Source: Candidatus Methylomirabilis sp.
GTDB taxonomy: Bacteria; Methylomirabilota; Methylomirabilia; Methylomirabilales; CSP1-5
DNA length: 54,885 nucleotides
Direction of reading: 5' to 3'
Assembly: GCA_012974305.1 (NCBI GenBank)
Contig: JAAXQN010000202.1
Span: forward strand, 1-54,885
A program made the translations under genes and the position numbers. Positions 26,704 through 39,305 of this stretch are shown one piece after another (within the stretch, counting starts at the first letter, position 1; every line of letters starts with the position of its first letter). The notes under the pieces are model-generated. The model searched no databases. It had not been told where the DNA came from and saw only the letters and a program-made list of their open reading frames with translations.

Positions 26704-27969
26704 TTAAGTGGCGATACTTCCTTGCTGGCGGATCCGGGTGCCCTCGACGTGGAGAAGCTCCACCGGCTCGCGCGTACACCGGTTTCGCTCCATCAAAGCC
26801 ACAAAGCGGTCAAAGAGGTAGCGCGAGTCGTGCGGGCCCGGCGAGGCCTCGGGATGGTACTGAACCGAAAAGACGGGTAGGCGAAGGTGCCGCATCCCTT
26901 CGACGGTCCCATCATTCAAATTCACGTGAGTCAGTTCCACCTCCCCACTCGGGATTGAGTCGATGTCGACGGCAAACCCGTGGTTTTGAGTCGTGACCTC
27001 AACCTTCCCGGTGTGAAGCTCCTTGACCGGGTGGTTGGCCCCGTGATGGCCAAATTTGAGTTTATATGTACGGCCACCCAGGGCGAGGCCTAGAATCTGG
27101 TGTCCGAGACAGATCCCGAAGATCGGTCTTTTCCCAAGGAGCTGCCGGGTGGTTTCGACCAGGTGCATAACTCCCTCAGGGTCCCCAGGCCCATTGCTGA
27201 TGAAGATGCCGTCCGGATCCAAGGCCAGAATCTCGTTGGCGGTGGTTGTAGCTGGGACAACCACCACATCGCAACCGGTGCTCACCAGCTGCCGGAGGAT
27301 GTTGTACTTGATCCCACAGTCGATGGCTACCACCTGGAACCGTTGACCGACAACCGATGTCCGTTCACCGAACAGATCTAACTGCACGCGCTTATGCTCC
27401 CGGTCGTCGGTCGTCGGTACGCGGTCATCGCTGTAACCGTGTCCCCATCGCCACTCCCCCTGCCACCATTGGAAGGACTCGCTGCACGTCACTTCCTTCA
27501 CCAGATCACGGCCGATAAGACCCGGAGACGACCGGGCCTTCTCGACAAGGCTGTGCGGACTCGAGTCGACCGTGGAGATGACGCCTTCCATCGCACCCTG
27601 GTCTCGGATGTGTTTGGTGAGCGCACGCGTATCAATCCCCTGGATCCCCACGATTCCCCATTCTTGCAGATAGGCCTCGAGCGTCTTGGACTTTCGCCAA
27701 TTGCTCGGATAGGGGGAGCCTTCCTTCACGATAAAGCCTTCCACAAAGGGGCGTTGGGACTCGATGTCCTCGGGATTGATCCCGTAATTACCGATGAGGG
27801 GGTAAGTCATGCAGACGATCTGCCCCTTGTACGAGGGATCGGTGAGGATCTCTTGATAGCCGGTCATGGCTGTATTGAAGACTACCTCGCCGACGCATTC
27901 GCCTTCGGCACCGAAGGCACGCCCCTCAAAGACGGTTCCGTCTGCTAAGGCCAGGATGGCGGACTTCAT
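26704..27969 (-). CDS. carA: carbamoyl-phosphate synthase small (glutaminase) subunit
   Basis: [20 protein letters not shown] start, overlapping the pyrC stop as ATGA. Catalytic GICLGHQ is present. The interdomain linker is extended. Confidence 0.9.
   Translation of the reverse strand: MKSAILALADGTVFEGRAFGAEGECVGEVVFNTAMTGYQEILTDPSYKGQIVCMTYPLIGNYGINPEDIESQRPFVEGFIVKEGSPYPSNWRKSKTLEAYLQEWGIVGIQGIDTRALTKHIRDQGAMEGVISTVDSSPHSLVEKARSSPGLIGRDLVKEVTCSESFQWWQGEWRWGHGYSDDRVPTTDDREHKRVQLDLFGERTSVVGQRFQVVAIDCGIKYNILRQLVSTGCDVVVVPATTTANEILALDPDGIFISNGPGDPEGVMHLVETTRQLLGKRPIFGICLGHQILGLALGGRTYKLKFGHHGANHPVKELHTGKVEVTTQNHGFAVDIDSIPSGEVELTHVNLNDGTVEGMRHLRLPVFSVQYHPEASPGPHDSRYLFDRFVALMERNRCTREPVELLHVEGTRIRQQGSIAT
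27341..27435. repeat. complete two-arm heptamer element embedded in frame in carA
   Basis: CGTTGAC CGACAAC CGATGTC CGTTCAC CGAACAG, then 25 nt, then CGGTCGT CGGTCGT CGGTACG CGGTCAT CGCTGTA. Translated as [32 protein letters not shown]. Confidence 0.85.
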
Positions 27970-29312
27970 GACGTCTCCCAAACCACCTGACCGGCCACGA
28001 TGGTCATCACAGCCCTCCCCTTGAGCTTCCATCCGATGAAGGGAGAGTTTTTACTCTTCGATTGCCAGTCATTCTCCTCAACGATCCATTCCTGATCCGG
28101 ATCGAGGATGGTGATATCTGCATCCGCGCCTGGCACCAGCGTTCCCTTGTGCTTGAGCTTCAGGATCCGGGCCGGATTGGTGGTCAACCGTTCTATGATC
28201 ATGGGGAGGGCGAGGAGACGGGTGTGATAGAACTCGGTGAGGATGAGGCCGAGAGCGGTCTCGAGCCCAATGATGCCGAAGGGGGCGTAATCGTACTCCA
28301 TCTCCTTCTCGAAGCTGGCATGGGGGGCATGATCGGTGGCGATGATCTCGATGGTCCCATCGATGAGCGCCTCCCGGAGTGCCGTGACATCCTCGGCCGA
28401 GCGGAGGGGAGGATTCATCTTGGTATTGGTGCTAAAACCCCGGACTGCTTCGTCAGTGAGGATCAAGTGGTGAGGTGTCGCCTCGCCGCTCACCTGTACA
28501 CCCCGGGCCCTCGCCTCCCGGATCAGACAGATTGACTCCGTCGTGCTTACATGACAGACGTGGAGGCGGGCCCCTGTGTACTCACTCAACAGGATGTCTC
28601 GCCCCACCATCACTGCCTCCGCGGCAGAGGGGATTCCCTTGAGCCCCAATTTGGTACTCACGCGCCCCTCGTGCATTACCCCCCCTTCGGAGAGCGTGAG
28701 ATCTTCACAGTGGGGGATCACCGTGATGTCGAACATGGTGGCGTACTCCATCGCCCGCCGCATGAGTTCGGCATTCATCACCGGCTTACCGTCATCGGAG
28801 AGCCCGACGCACCCCGCGGCCGCAAGGTCCCCGATATCCGCCAGCTGTTCGCCGTGGTGGCCCCTCGAGATGCATCCGATGGGGAAGACGTTCACGCGTC
28901 CCACCTTCTTGGCCTGCTCTAAGATGTACTCGGTGACCGATGCAGTGTCGTTCACCGGATCGGTATTCGGCATGCAACAGATAGAGGTGAACCCTCCCCG
29001 TGCCGCGGCCGCGGTTCCGGAGGCAATGGTTTCCTCATCCTCTCGTCCCGGTTCCCGGAGATGCACGTGCATGTCAATAAGACCAGGCACCACGATCTTG
29101 CCGGTCGCATCGATAACTCGGATTTCCGTTTGCCCGTCTCGGCCTGCGGGTTTTTTGTTCTTTCCTGGGCCTCCGGACCCTGAACCCTGAACCCGCTTGT
29201 CCACCTGAAGGATCTGCCCGTCCTCGACGAGAATATCAAGCGTGGCGTCGACCCCGCTGGCCGGATCAATCACTCGCCCACCTGTAATTAAGAGTCGCAT
29301 CTCATACTCCAC
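27966..29312 (-). CDS. pyrC: dihydroorotase
   Basis: 448 aa with [14 protein letters not shown]. The start could be Met5 (29300). Carries an extra Gly/Lys-rich N-terminal loop. Confidence 0.9.
   Translation of the reverse strand: MEYEMRLLITGGRVIDPASGVDATLDILVEDGQILQVDKRVQGSGSGGPGKNKKPAGRDGQTEIRVIDATGKIVVPGLIDMHVHLREPGREDEETIASGTAAAARGGFTSICCMPNTDPVNDTASVTEYILEQAKKVGRVNVFPIGCISRGHHGEQLADIGDLAAAGCVGLSDDGKPVMNAELMRRAMEYATMFDITVIPHCEDLTLSEGGVMHEGRVSTKLGLKGIPSAAEAVMVGRDILLSEYTGARLHVCHVSTTESICLIREARARGVQVSGEATPHHLILTDEAVRGFSTNTKMNPPLRSAEDVTALREALIDGTIEIIATDHAPHASFEKEMEYDYAPFGIIGLETALGLILTEFYHTRLLALPMIIERLTTNPARILKLKHKGTLVPGADADITILDPDQEWIVEENDWQSKSKNSPFIGWKLKGRAVMTIVAGQVVWETS
29174..29194. repeat. 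heptamer triplet inside the pyrC coding sequence
   Basis: CGGACCC TGAACCC TGAACCC encodes the QGSGSG part of the [22 protein letters not shown] loop. Confidence 0.65.
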
Positions 29313-29316
29313 TAGC

Positions 29317-29452
29317 CGTTCACCGTAAACCGTTGACCGATGACCGTAAAGCGATGCTTGCTACTATCGATGATCGAGTGTCCATGTCCGGTGACCTTAA
29401 GAGACCCGAAAACGTGTTCTTCTTCGGTAGTCGGTCATCGGACATCGGTCAA
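29317..29452. repeat. two-arm heptamer element in the pyrB-pyrC spacer
   Basis: CGTTCAC CGTAAAC CGTTGAC CGATGAC CGTAAAG CGATGCT ... CGGTAGT CGGTCAT CGGACAT CGGTCAA. The arms are imperfect inverse complements. Confidence 0.9.
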
Positions 29453-29456
29453 CGCC

Positions 29457-30389
29457 TTAGTTGGTGGCCGCGTGTCCGCCGGTCAAAAGATAGAGCAGCG
29501 CCATACGGATGGCCACCCCGTTGGTGACCTGGTCGAGGATGAGGCTGTAGGGACCATCGGCAACCTCCGGGGCGATCTCGACACCTCGATTGAGAGGCCC
29601 TGGGTGCATAATCAGTACGCCTTCCCTCGCCTTTTTCACACGCTCGACGGTGAGACCGAAGAGCCGGCTATACTCACGGAGCGAGGGGAGAAGGGTGGGC
29701 CCCTGCCGCTCCCTCTGGATTCGGAGCATCATAATGACGTCGGCATCCGCGATGGCCGCTTCCACGTCGGTGGTGACCTGGGCGCCGAGTTCCTCGGGGT
29801 GTCGGGGCAGTAGCGTGGGCGGGCCTGCCACGCGAACATCCATTCCTACCTTGCGCATAGCCTGGATCCCGGATCGCGCGACCCGGCTGTGGCTGATATC
29901 TCCCACGATGGCGACCGTGAGGCCTTTTAAACGTCCCAGACGCTCTCGGATGGTGAGCAGGTCGAGGAGGGCCTGGGTGGGATGCTCGTGGGCCCCGTCC
30001 CCGGCGTTTATGATCGAGGCTTGGAGGCGATCGGCCAGGATCTTGGGCGCCCCCGGGACCGGGTGGCGAATGACCACCACATCCGGTCGCATGGCCTGAA
30101 GGGTTTTCCCAGTATCGAGGAGGGACTCGCCCTTGGTCACCGAAGAAACGGTTGTGGAAATGTTGATGACATCGGCACTGAGCCATTTGCCGGCAATCTC
30201 GAACGAGGTCCGCGTGCGGGTGCTCGGCTCGTAAAAGAGGTTGATCAGGGTTTTTCCTCGCAGCGCAGGGACCTTCTTGATGTCTCGAGAGGCGATCTCT
30301 TTCATCGAGTCAGCGGTGTCCAGGATCAGATGGATCTCATCCGACTCCAGCTCTCGGATCGTTAGCAGATCCTTTCGCTTCAAGGCCAT
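29457..30389 (-). CDS. pyrB: aspartate carbamoyltransferase catalytic subunit
   Basis: 310 aa with the STRTR and HPTQ motifs. Confidence 0.9.
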   Translation of the reverse strand: MALKRKDLLTIRELESDEIHLILDTADSMKEIASRDIKKVPALRGKTLINLFYEPSTRTRTSFEIAGKWLSADVINISTTVSSVTKGESLLDTGKTLQAMRPDVVVIRHPVPGAPKILADRLQASIINAGDGAHEHPTQALLDLLTIRERLGRLKGLTVAIVGDISHSRVARSGIQAMRKVGMDVRVAGPPTLLPRHPEELGAQVTTDVEAAIADADVIMMLRIQRERQGPTLLPSLREYSRLFGLTVERVKKAREGVLIMHPGPLNRGVEIAPEVADGPYSLILDQVTNGVAIRMALLYLLTGGHAATN

Positions 30390-30398
30390 CTTATTCTC

Positions 30399-31188
<790 letters not shown>

Positions 31189-31195
31189 CTACTAT

Positions 31196-31224
31196 AATTT
31201 ACCTCCAGCTGTCGCAAATGTCAA
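31196..31224 (-). promoter_or_regulatory. sigma70-like promoter of the pyr operon
   Basis: On the minus strand, TTGACA, a 17-nt spacer, then TAAATT, just upstream of the leader. Confidence 0.5.
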
Positions 31225-31303
31225 GGGATTTTAACAACCTCACCAGGCGCACCCCCACCCAAGCTATGCAAAGGTCTGAATATTTTAGGGTTCCCTGAGG
31301 TAT

Positions 31304-32155
31304 TCATTTCATTTGTCTTTGGACGAGGCGGAAGGCAATCAGTACCATAAGTACTGTGATGCCTGTAACAGCAACCGCCAATGCTCCCGCAGAGGTAGTA
31401 CTCCAGCCGACTATCCTCGCCTCCCCATAGGTGAGTCTTCCGCCGATCACTCCTCCTATGAGCGCCGCGAGTGGGACTGCCAAATGGGTCCAGGCCGGGA
31501 GGGTTTTATAATTAAATTGAATAGCAGTTCCGTGTCGCCATAGATAATGCGCAAGGAACCCGAAGCCGACTGCGGCGAACAGGCCGAGCACCATATTGGC
31601 GAAGTCAGTAGGCCCGTCTGTTCCATGCCAGATGTGGATGGCCCCATTCAAATCCACGAGAAACATTCCTGCGCCGAGCACCACCATCGTGGTTGGCCTT
31701 TTAAATATGTTTAGCCAATTTCTCTCCTGCGTAAGAGACGATTTCCGCTCTCGGTAGGACTTGATTATCGCGAGAGTAGCCAGGGGAACTGCCAGGTACG
31801 CGAAGACGTTAAGTATACCCAAAAGTGGAGAATGGATCAAAAATGGGAAGATGCTCGTATACCTTCCGCCGGTTATAAACAATGTCGGCCAGAAGAGGAT
31901 TACGCCCGGCAGCAAGCAGACGATCTCAACCAAGGTCAGCCTCTCGTCTAGTGGCGAAAGTCTCCCGTATAGGAGCAAAACGGTCAACGCGATGACAAGG
32001 ACGCTGTATACGCCATAGATCCAACGGAGATGTTGCTTGTGTTTTCTCCCATGGGAGAAGCCTCTCCTTGCACACGGTTCAAGACCATTACGTGCAAGTT
32101 TTATGCTGGTTTTAGACTGAGGAAAGAGAAAGCAGCCAGCAGGGGGGCGTTGCAT
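31304..32155 (-). CDS. hypothetical polytopic membrane protein (start uncertain)
   Basis: Several hydrophobic helices in AT-richer sequence. The longest ORF would run into the ligA start, so an internal Met is used. Confidence 0.4.
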   Translation of the reverse strand: MQRPPAGCFLFPQSKTSIKLARNGLEPCARRGFSHGRKHKQHLRWIYGVYSVLVIALTVLLLYGRLSPLDERLTLVEIVCLLPGVILFWPTLFITGGRYTSIFPFLIHSPLLGILNVFAYLAVPLATLAIIKSYRERKSSLTQERNWLNIFKRPTTMVVLGAGMFLVDLNGAIHIWHGTDGPTDFANMVLGLFAAVGFGFLAHYLWRHGTAIQFNYKTLPAWTHLAVPLAALIGGVIGGRLTYGEARIVGWSTTSAGALAVAVTGITVLMVLIAFRLVQRQMK

Positions 32156-32209
32156 AGGCGAGGGGACTCTGGTAATAGTCGGGAAGGGAGGCGTGGTTGT
32201 AATACGTAG

Positions 32210-34243
<2,034 letters not shown>

Positions 34244-34265
34244 AAGTCCCTTTGGAGCTTCGACA

Positions 34266-35474
34266 ATGCGTTCCACCGTGATCGGGATATTCTGCTTGAG
34301 TCTCCTGGTAGCAGGAGTGAGCCTCAGTAACACCGGTGCCTCGGTCAAGGAGATCGCGCTCCGTTACTTTACCCCGGAGGAGATCGCGCGGGGCAAAAGC
34401 TACATGGGAGGGCGGTACCTTCTCTTCGCCGCCCGCAGCGCAATTACTCTTGGTTTCTTTCTTCTATTCGTCTTCACACCTGCCTCACGAACCCTGCGGG
34501 ACTTCAGCGCGACCTGGGCCGGCTATCGGCCATGGCTCGCGTTGACCTTCTATGCTGCATGCCTGTTGCTGCTCTATCGGTTTCTTCTCCTCCCGATAGA
34601 TCTCTACGGAGGGTACTTTCGGGAGCACGCCTATGGCCTCTCGACCCAGGGGCTCGATGGATGGTTCAAGGACTGGGGGAAGGGACTGATCCTGCAGGTG
34701 ATTCTACTCCTGCCGGCGGTGAACCTGCTCTATGTTCTTATCCGTCGGGACCCCCACCGCTGGTTCGTCGCGGGCGCCGGGATTTTCGGGATTATGATCC
34801 TCCTCCTCACCTTCCTGGCCCCGGTACTGATCGATCCTCTCTTTCACACGTTCACCCCACTCAAGGATGCCGACCTGAAGGCCCGGGTCCTGAGACTGGC
34901 AGAGCGTGCGGGAATCCCCGTGGAGCAGGTGCTAGAGACGGATGCCAGCCGAAGAACGGTAAAGGCGAATGCCTATGTTACCGGCTTCGGCCGGACTAAG
35001 CGTATTGTTCTCTATGATACGCTCGTGAAGCGAGCCTCTGCTGATGAGGTTGAGGTAGTCTTGGCCCACGAGATCGGCCACCGGATGTATCACCACATTT
35101 GGAAGGGGGTAGGTCTTTCCGTCCTCGCGTTTTTCCTAGGTTTCGTTATCGCCGCACTGGTCCTCCAGTGGGGGACCACCCGGGGTCTCCTCACGCATTC
35201 GGCCGATCCCGCGGGGCTCCCTCTGCTCTTATTGACCCTTTTCGCTCTGAGCCTTGTGACCCTTCCACTCCAGAATGCCATCTCTCGAGGGTTCGAACGC
35301 CAAGCGGATCTTGCGGCGCTCGAGCTTTCGGAAAATCGCGACGCGTACGTTAAAGTGGAAGTAGATTTGGCGCGATCCAACCTGGCCGATATCACTCCCC
35401 CCGGCTGGGCCGTCCTTCTCCTGTATACGCACCCCCCGGTTCTTGAGCGTATCTCGGTCGCGGAGCAGACGTAA
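34266..35474 (+). CDS. M48-family (Ste24/HtpX-like) zinc metalloprotease
   Basis: 402 aa with multiple TM helices and the HEIGH motif. Confidence 0.8.
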   Translation: MRSTVIGIFCLSLLVAGVSLSNTGASVKEIALRYFTPEEIARGKSYMGGRYLLFAARSAITLGFFLLFVFTPASRTLRDFSATWAGYRPWLALTFYAACLLLLYRFLLLPIDLYGGYFREHAYGLSTQGLDGWFKDWGKGLILQVILLLPAVNLLYVLIRRDPHRWFVAGAGIFGIMILLLTFLAPVLIDPLFHTFTPLKDADLKARVLRLAERAGIPVEQVLETDASRRTVKANAYVTGFGRTKRIVLYDTLVKRASADEVEVVLAHEIGHRMYHHIWKGVGLSVLAFFLGFVIAALVLQWGTTRGLLTHSADPAGLPLLLLTLFALSLVTLPLQNAISRGFERQADLAALELSENRDAYVKVEVDLARSNLADITPPGWAVLLLYTHPPVLERISVAEQT

Positions 35475-35562
35475 GATATCCCCCCTACCTTGACTCTTTC
35501 AAAATTCTGTGGTACCTGACCGTGATAAGGACGCTATTGGGTCCGGAAAGGGGAAAGAGGAG

Positions 35563-36048
35563 ATGGAGAATCCTGCCCGTCTCGAGCAGGCGGAATTCTT
35601 CTTTCAGGAGGGTTATCGACATCAAATGAATGGTGATCTCGATGCGGCCGTCGAGCACTACCGGCGCTCTATCGAGCTCTATCCCACTGCAGAGGCCCAC
35701 ACCTTTCTGGGATGGGCGTATAGCTTTCTGGGAAAGATCGATAAAGCCATTCAAGAGTGCGAGATTGCCATTCAAATCGACCCCGATTTTGGCAATCCCT
35801 ATAACGACATCGCGGTCTATCTTATGGAAAAGGGGGAGTACGACGAGGCCATCCCCTGGCTCACGAAGGCCATGGAAGCCAAACGATACGAACCCCGACA
35901 CTATCCCCACATCAACCTGAGCCGTGTATATGCCAAGATGGGGAAGACCTACGAGGCCATTGCCGAGGTTCGAAAGGCATTGAAAATCGAACCCGATCAC
36001 CAGGGGGCTCGCCGAGAACTGCACCGCCTGATCGGCATGCTTAACTAA
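35563..36048 (+). CDS. TPR-repeat protein
   Basis: ATG preceded by AGAGGAG. Repeated TPR pattern (AVEHYRRSIELYP, AIQECEIAIQIDP, AIAEVRKALKIEP). Confidence 0.75.
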   Translation: MENPARLEQAEFFFQEGYRHQMNGDLDAAVEHYRRSIELYPTAEAHTFLGWAYSFLGKIDKAIQECEIAIQIDPDFGNPYNDIAVYLMEKGEYDEAIPWLTKAMEAKRYEPRHYPHINLSRVYAKMGKTYEAIAEVRKALKIEPDHQGARRELHRLIGMLN

Positions 36049-36059
36049 CGGACCGACCC

Positions 36060-36104
36060 CCCGGGACCTGGAGGATTGCGTTGCGGGTCCCGGGATCTTT
36101 TTTT
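36060..36104 (+). terminator. rho-independent terminator
   Basis: CCCGGGACC, a 17-nt loop, GGTCCCGGG, then a run of 7 T. Confidence 0.75.
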
Positions 36105-36234
36105 CTGAGGGGGAGGGCTGGGGCTGGAACAGGCACCTCGGAAGAATTCGGGAGCAACTGGCCCGGCAGACCTGGTAGTTCGGGGCGGAACCCTTCTTAA
36201 TGTCTATACGGGGGAACTGCTTGAGGGCTGGGGC

Positions 36235-37878
36235 GTGGCGATTCGCGGGGAGCGGATTGTCGCTTTGGGCCTCGACCTCAGCCATCTCATTGGTCCCGAG
36301 ACCAAAATTGTCGAGGCGGCAGGTAAGTATCTCACCCCGGGTCTGATTGATGGACACACCCACCTAGATAACATCCAAAGCCTGCATGAGTTCCTGTATG
36401 AGGCCCTGCCAAGGGGACTCACCACTGTCATTACAGAGTTAGTCCACGTGGCAAATGTAGGAGGGGCCGCAGCCTTCCGGACCTTCCTGGCGGGTCTCGA
36501 GGACCTCCCGATTCTGGTTTACACCACCGCTCCTTCTATCTCCCTTCTCTGCTCTGACCGGGGGGATGGCCGGTCGGCCATTTCATCTGACGAAGTGGCA
36601 GACCTGCTGGAGCACCCTCTCGTGCTGGGGCTCGGGGAGGTCTACTGGCATCTCGCACTGCAGGCCCCGCCCGACCTCTTGTCCTTGATCGATAAGGCCC
36701 GTCGTCTGCGAAAGCAGGTGGAGGGGCACGCCGCCGGGGCCCGCGGGTGGAAGCTCCAGCAGTACATGGGCCTCGGAATCGGCTCCTGCCACGAGTCAAT
36801 CACACCAGAGGAGGTGATCGACCGGCTTCGCCTGGGGGTACATACAATGGTTCGAGAGGGTTCGGTGCGGCAGGACCTAGGCGTCCTGAAGGAAGTGGTC
36901 TCGTCCGGGGTGGATCTCCGGCGTCTGATCCTGGTAACCGATACTGTCTGGCCCGATGACCTCTTGCGCCGGGGCGTCATGGACCATGCGGTCCGCCGTG
37001 CCATCGAGCTCGGTCTCGATCGCGTTGCGGCAGTCCGGGCGGCCAGCCTCTCCTGTGCCGAGCACTTCGGTCTCGACCACCTGGTGGGAGGCCTTGGTCC
37101 GGGCAAGTATGCCAACCTCTTGGTAGTTCCGGATCTTACGCGGATGGAACCCGAGGTGGTAATTAGTAAGGGTAGCGTGGTGGCGCAGGACGGAAGATGT
37201 CTCGTAAGGGTCAAGGGAAATTCTCAAATCCGGCGGGTTCTCCCCGCGCCTACGTTGCCGCACCCTCTCACGCCGGGGGATCTCAAAGTCCCTGCGGACC
37301 GCTTAGGTGGGTGGACCCAGGTGAGGGTTCTAGGCATTGCGGGACCCATTCTGACACGGGAACTCACACTGTCACTGCCGGTCGAGGGGGGAGAGGTGAT
37401 CATGGAGCCTCAAGCGGATGTTCTGAAGGCTGCCGCCTTTGACCGGAGAGGTCTTGGGCAGAGGACGGTCGGGTTCGTCAAAGGATTTGGCCTGCGGCAA
37501 GGGGCGGTTGCCTCGAGCCTTTCCTACGACGTGAGCAATCTAGTGGCCGTCGGGGCCCGGGATGCAGATATCGCCCGAGTTCTGAACCGATTGGTAGAGA
37601 TCGGCGGCGGCTTTGTCGTGGTGGTCGATGGGGAAGTCGTAGAGGAGCTCCCCATGCCGATCGGGGGGATCATTAGCGAAGAGTCGGTCCCGAAATTGGC
37701 CGAGAAGCTCGATCGAATAAAGCGGGTGGTCAAAGACCTGGGCTCACTGCTTCAGGATCCCCTCCTCACCCTCCAGGCCCTTACCTTCACCGCGATTCCG
37801 GCCTTGAGGCTCAGGGAGCGCGGGCTTGTCCAGGTCAAAACGGGTCAGATAGTCCCACTGCTGATAGAGACTTCCTAA
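36235..37878 (+). CDS. ade: adenine deaminase (amidohydrolase family); the true start is probably upstream of the first canonical start
   Basis: Carries PGLIDGHTHLD. The in-frame upstream codons ADLVVRGGTLLNVYTGELLEGWG look like native N-terminus, but no ATG/GTG/TTG lies between the stop at 36106 and 36235. Confidence 0.8.
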   Translation: MAIRGERIVALGLDLSHLIGPETKIVEAAGKYLTPGLIDGHTHLDNIQSLHEFLYEALPRGLTTVITELVHVANVGGAAAFRTFLAGLEDLPILVYTTAPSISLLCSDRGDGRSAISSDEVADLLEHPLVLGLGEVYWHLALQAPPDLLSLIDKARRLRKQVEGHAAGARGWKLQQYMGLGIGSCHESITPEEVIDRLRLGVHTMVREGSVRQDLGVLKEVVSSGVDLRRLILVTDTVWPDDLLRRGVMDHAVRRAIELGLDRVAAVRAASLSCAEHFGLDHLVGGLGPGKYANLLVVPDLTRMEPEVVISKGSVVAQDGRCLVRVKGNSQIRRVLPAPTLPHPLTPGDLKVPADRLGGWTQVRVLGIAGPILTRELTLSLPVEGGEVIMEPQADVLKAAAFDRRGLGQRTVGFVKGFGLRQGAVASSLSYDVSNLVAVGARDADIARVLNRLVEIGGGFVVVVDGEVVEELPMPIGGIISEESVPKLAEKLDRIKRVVKDLGSLLQDPLLTLQALTFTAIPALRLRERGLVQVKTGQIVPLLIETS

Positions 37879-37907
37879 CCATCCCTAGTGCCGCACCAAC
37901 TAGCGAC

Positions 37908-37988
37908 CGATGCCCGTTGACCGTTATCCGATGACCGTAAGGGACCAAGGGGTCCTTTTTCGGTCGTCGGTCGTCGGTCCACAGTCAG
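37908..37988. repeat. two-arm heptamer element enclosing a terminator hairpin
   Basis: CGATGCC CGTTGAC CGTTATC CGATGAC CGTAAGG, then GGGACC-AAGG-GGTCC-TTTTT, then CGGTCGT CGGTCGT CGGTCCA CAGTCAG. Confidence 0.85.
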
Positions 37989-38269
37989 TACTAGGGGGGC
38001 AGGCCCCCCTTCGGCGCTCGGCGTTCGCCTCGCTGAGCACCCCCCAGGCGTAGGGAAGCCTTTCCCTTACAACCCCTCAGTGCCTCTGGCGGAACCCGGG
38101 GATGGTTAGGAAGAATTAGTTTGGAGGGGCCCTCGGTGACCCCATCCTCCTTGAGAGGTGGAGGGAGGACATCGGTGACGTATTGCCACAGAGGCCTCTT
38201 TGTGCAACACTCGGCCTACTTTTTCCATCGATCATAATCCTATGTTGTCCTATGGAAGGGAGGTTGGCC

Positions 38270-38986
38270 ATGGTGCTCAAGAGAGATTTTTCCATTACGT
38301 ATTACGGCCACAGCACGTTCAAGGTTGTGAGCCCCAAGGGGAAGCATATTCTGATTGATCCCTGGGTTATGGGAAATCCTGCCTGTCCCGACCGTCTGAA
38401 GAGTGTTGACAAGATTGACCTGATGCTCATCACCCATGGCCACTTTGATCACATGGCCGATGCGGTCGCCCTCGCCGAGGCGCACACGCCAAAGGTCGTG
38501 GCTATCTTTGAGATAGCGGCCTTTCTCGAGAGCCGGGGGGTGAAGGACACGCTGCCTATGAACATGGGTGGGACCCAACATGTGGAGGGTGTCGCGGTAA
38601 CCATGGTCCCGGCCTTCCATAGCTCTGGCATTCAGGATGAGGAAGGCCGTTTGGTGTATGGCGGGGATCCTGCCGGCTATGTCGTCACCTTGGAAAATCG
38701 TTTTACCTTTTACCATGCTGGGGATACGCAAGTCTTCGGAGATATGCGGCTCATCGCGGATCTCTACGAGCCTCAACTTAGTTTTCTCCCCATTGGAGAC
38801 CTTTTTACGATGTCCCCGAAGGAGGCGGCCTATGCCTGTAGACTCCTAAAGCCCAAGTGGGTCATTCCGATGCATTACGGCACCTTTCCGCCCCTCACAG
38901 GGACTCCAGCAAAGCTCAGGCAGGCGACCAAAGGGATCAGGGGGCTGAAGGTGATCGAGATGAAGCCCGGCGACACCATCAAGTGA
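38270..38986 (+). CDS. UPF0173-type metal-dependent hydrolase (MBL fold)
   Basis: MVLKRDFSITYYGHSTF start with RBS GGAAGGGAGG, and the THGHFDH motif. Confidence 0.8.
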   Translation: MVLKRDFSITYYGHSTFKVVSPKGKHILIDPWVMGNPACPDRLKSVDKIDLMLITHGHFDHMADAVALAEAHTPKVVAIFEIAAFLESRGVKDTLPMNMGGTQHVEGVAVTMVPAFHSSGIQDEEGRLVYGGDPAGYVVTLENRFTFYHAGDTQVFGDMRLIADLYEPQLSFLPIGDLFTMSPKEAAYACRLLKPKWVIPMHYGTFPPLTGTPAKLRQATKGIRGLKVIEMKPGDTIK

Positions 38987-39265
38987 GGAGTTATGAAGCT
39001 GCGCCGGCCCGTGAAGGCAGCCTGTGTCGGCGGAAAATTCCATGGGTAGGCAGATCGGGAAATTCTGGTTACGCGCGGTGCCTTAAGATAGGTGATCAGA
39101 GCGGCCACCCCCGCCTTCGCTTTGCTTCGGCGGCGGGGCCCGGCCGAACGCAAATCAGTTTCCGCCTTCCTCGGCCTTGCTCCCCTCGCCCGTGCAGTGT
39201 TGGAGGAATCAGTAAAGATTTCCTTACAGTTGTGCATGGCGGGTTTCTAGTAAGAGTGCGTCTTT

Positions 39266-39293
39266 CCGTGAACCGTGAACCCTGAACCGTGAA
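39266..39293. repeat. tandem heptamer array abutting an RBS
   Basis: CCGTGAA CCGTGAA CCCTGAA CCGTGAA, followed directly by CCAGGAGCGGAGATG. Confidence 0.9.
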
Positions 39294-39305
39294 CCAGGAG
39301 CGGAG

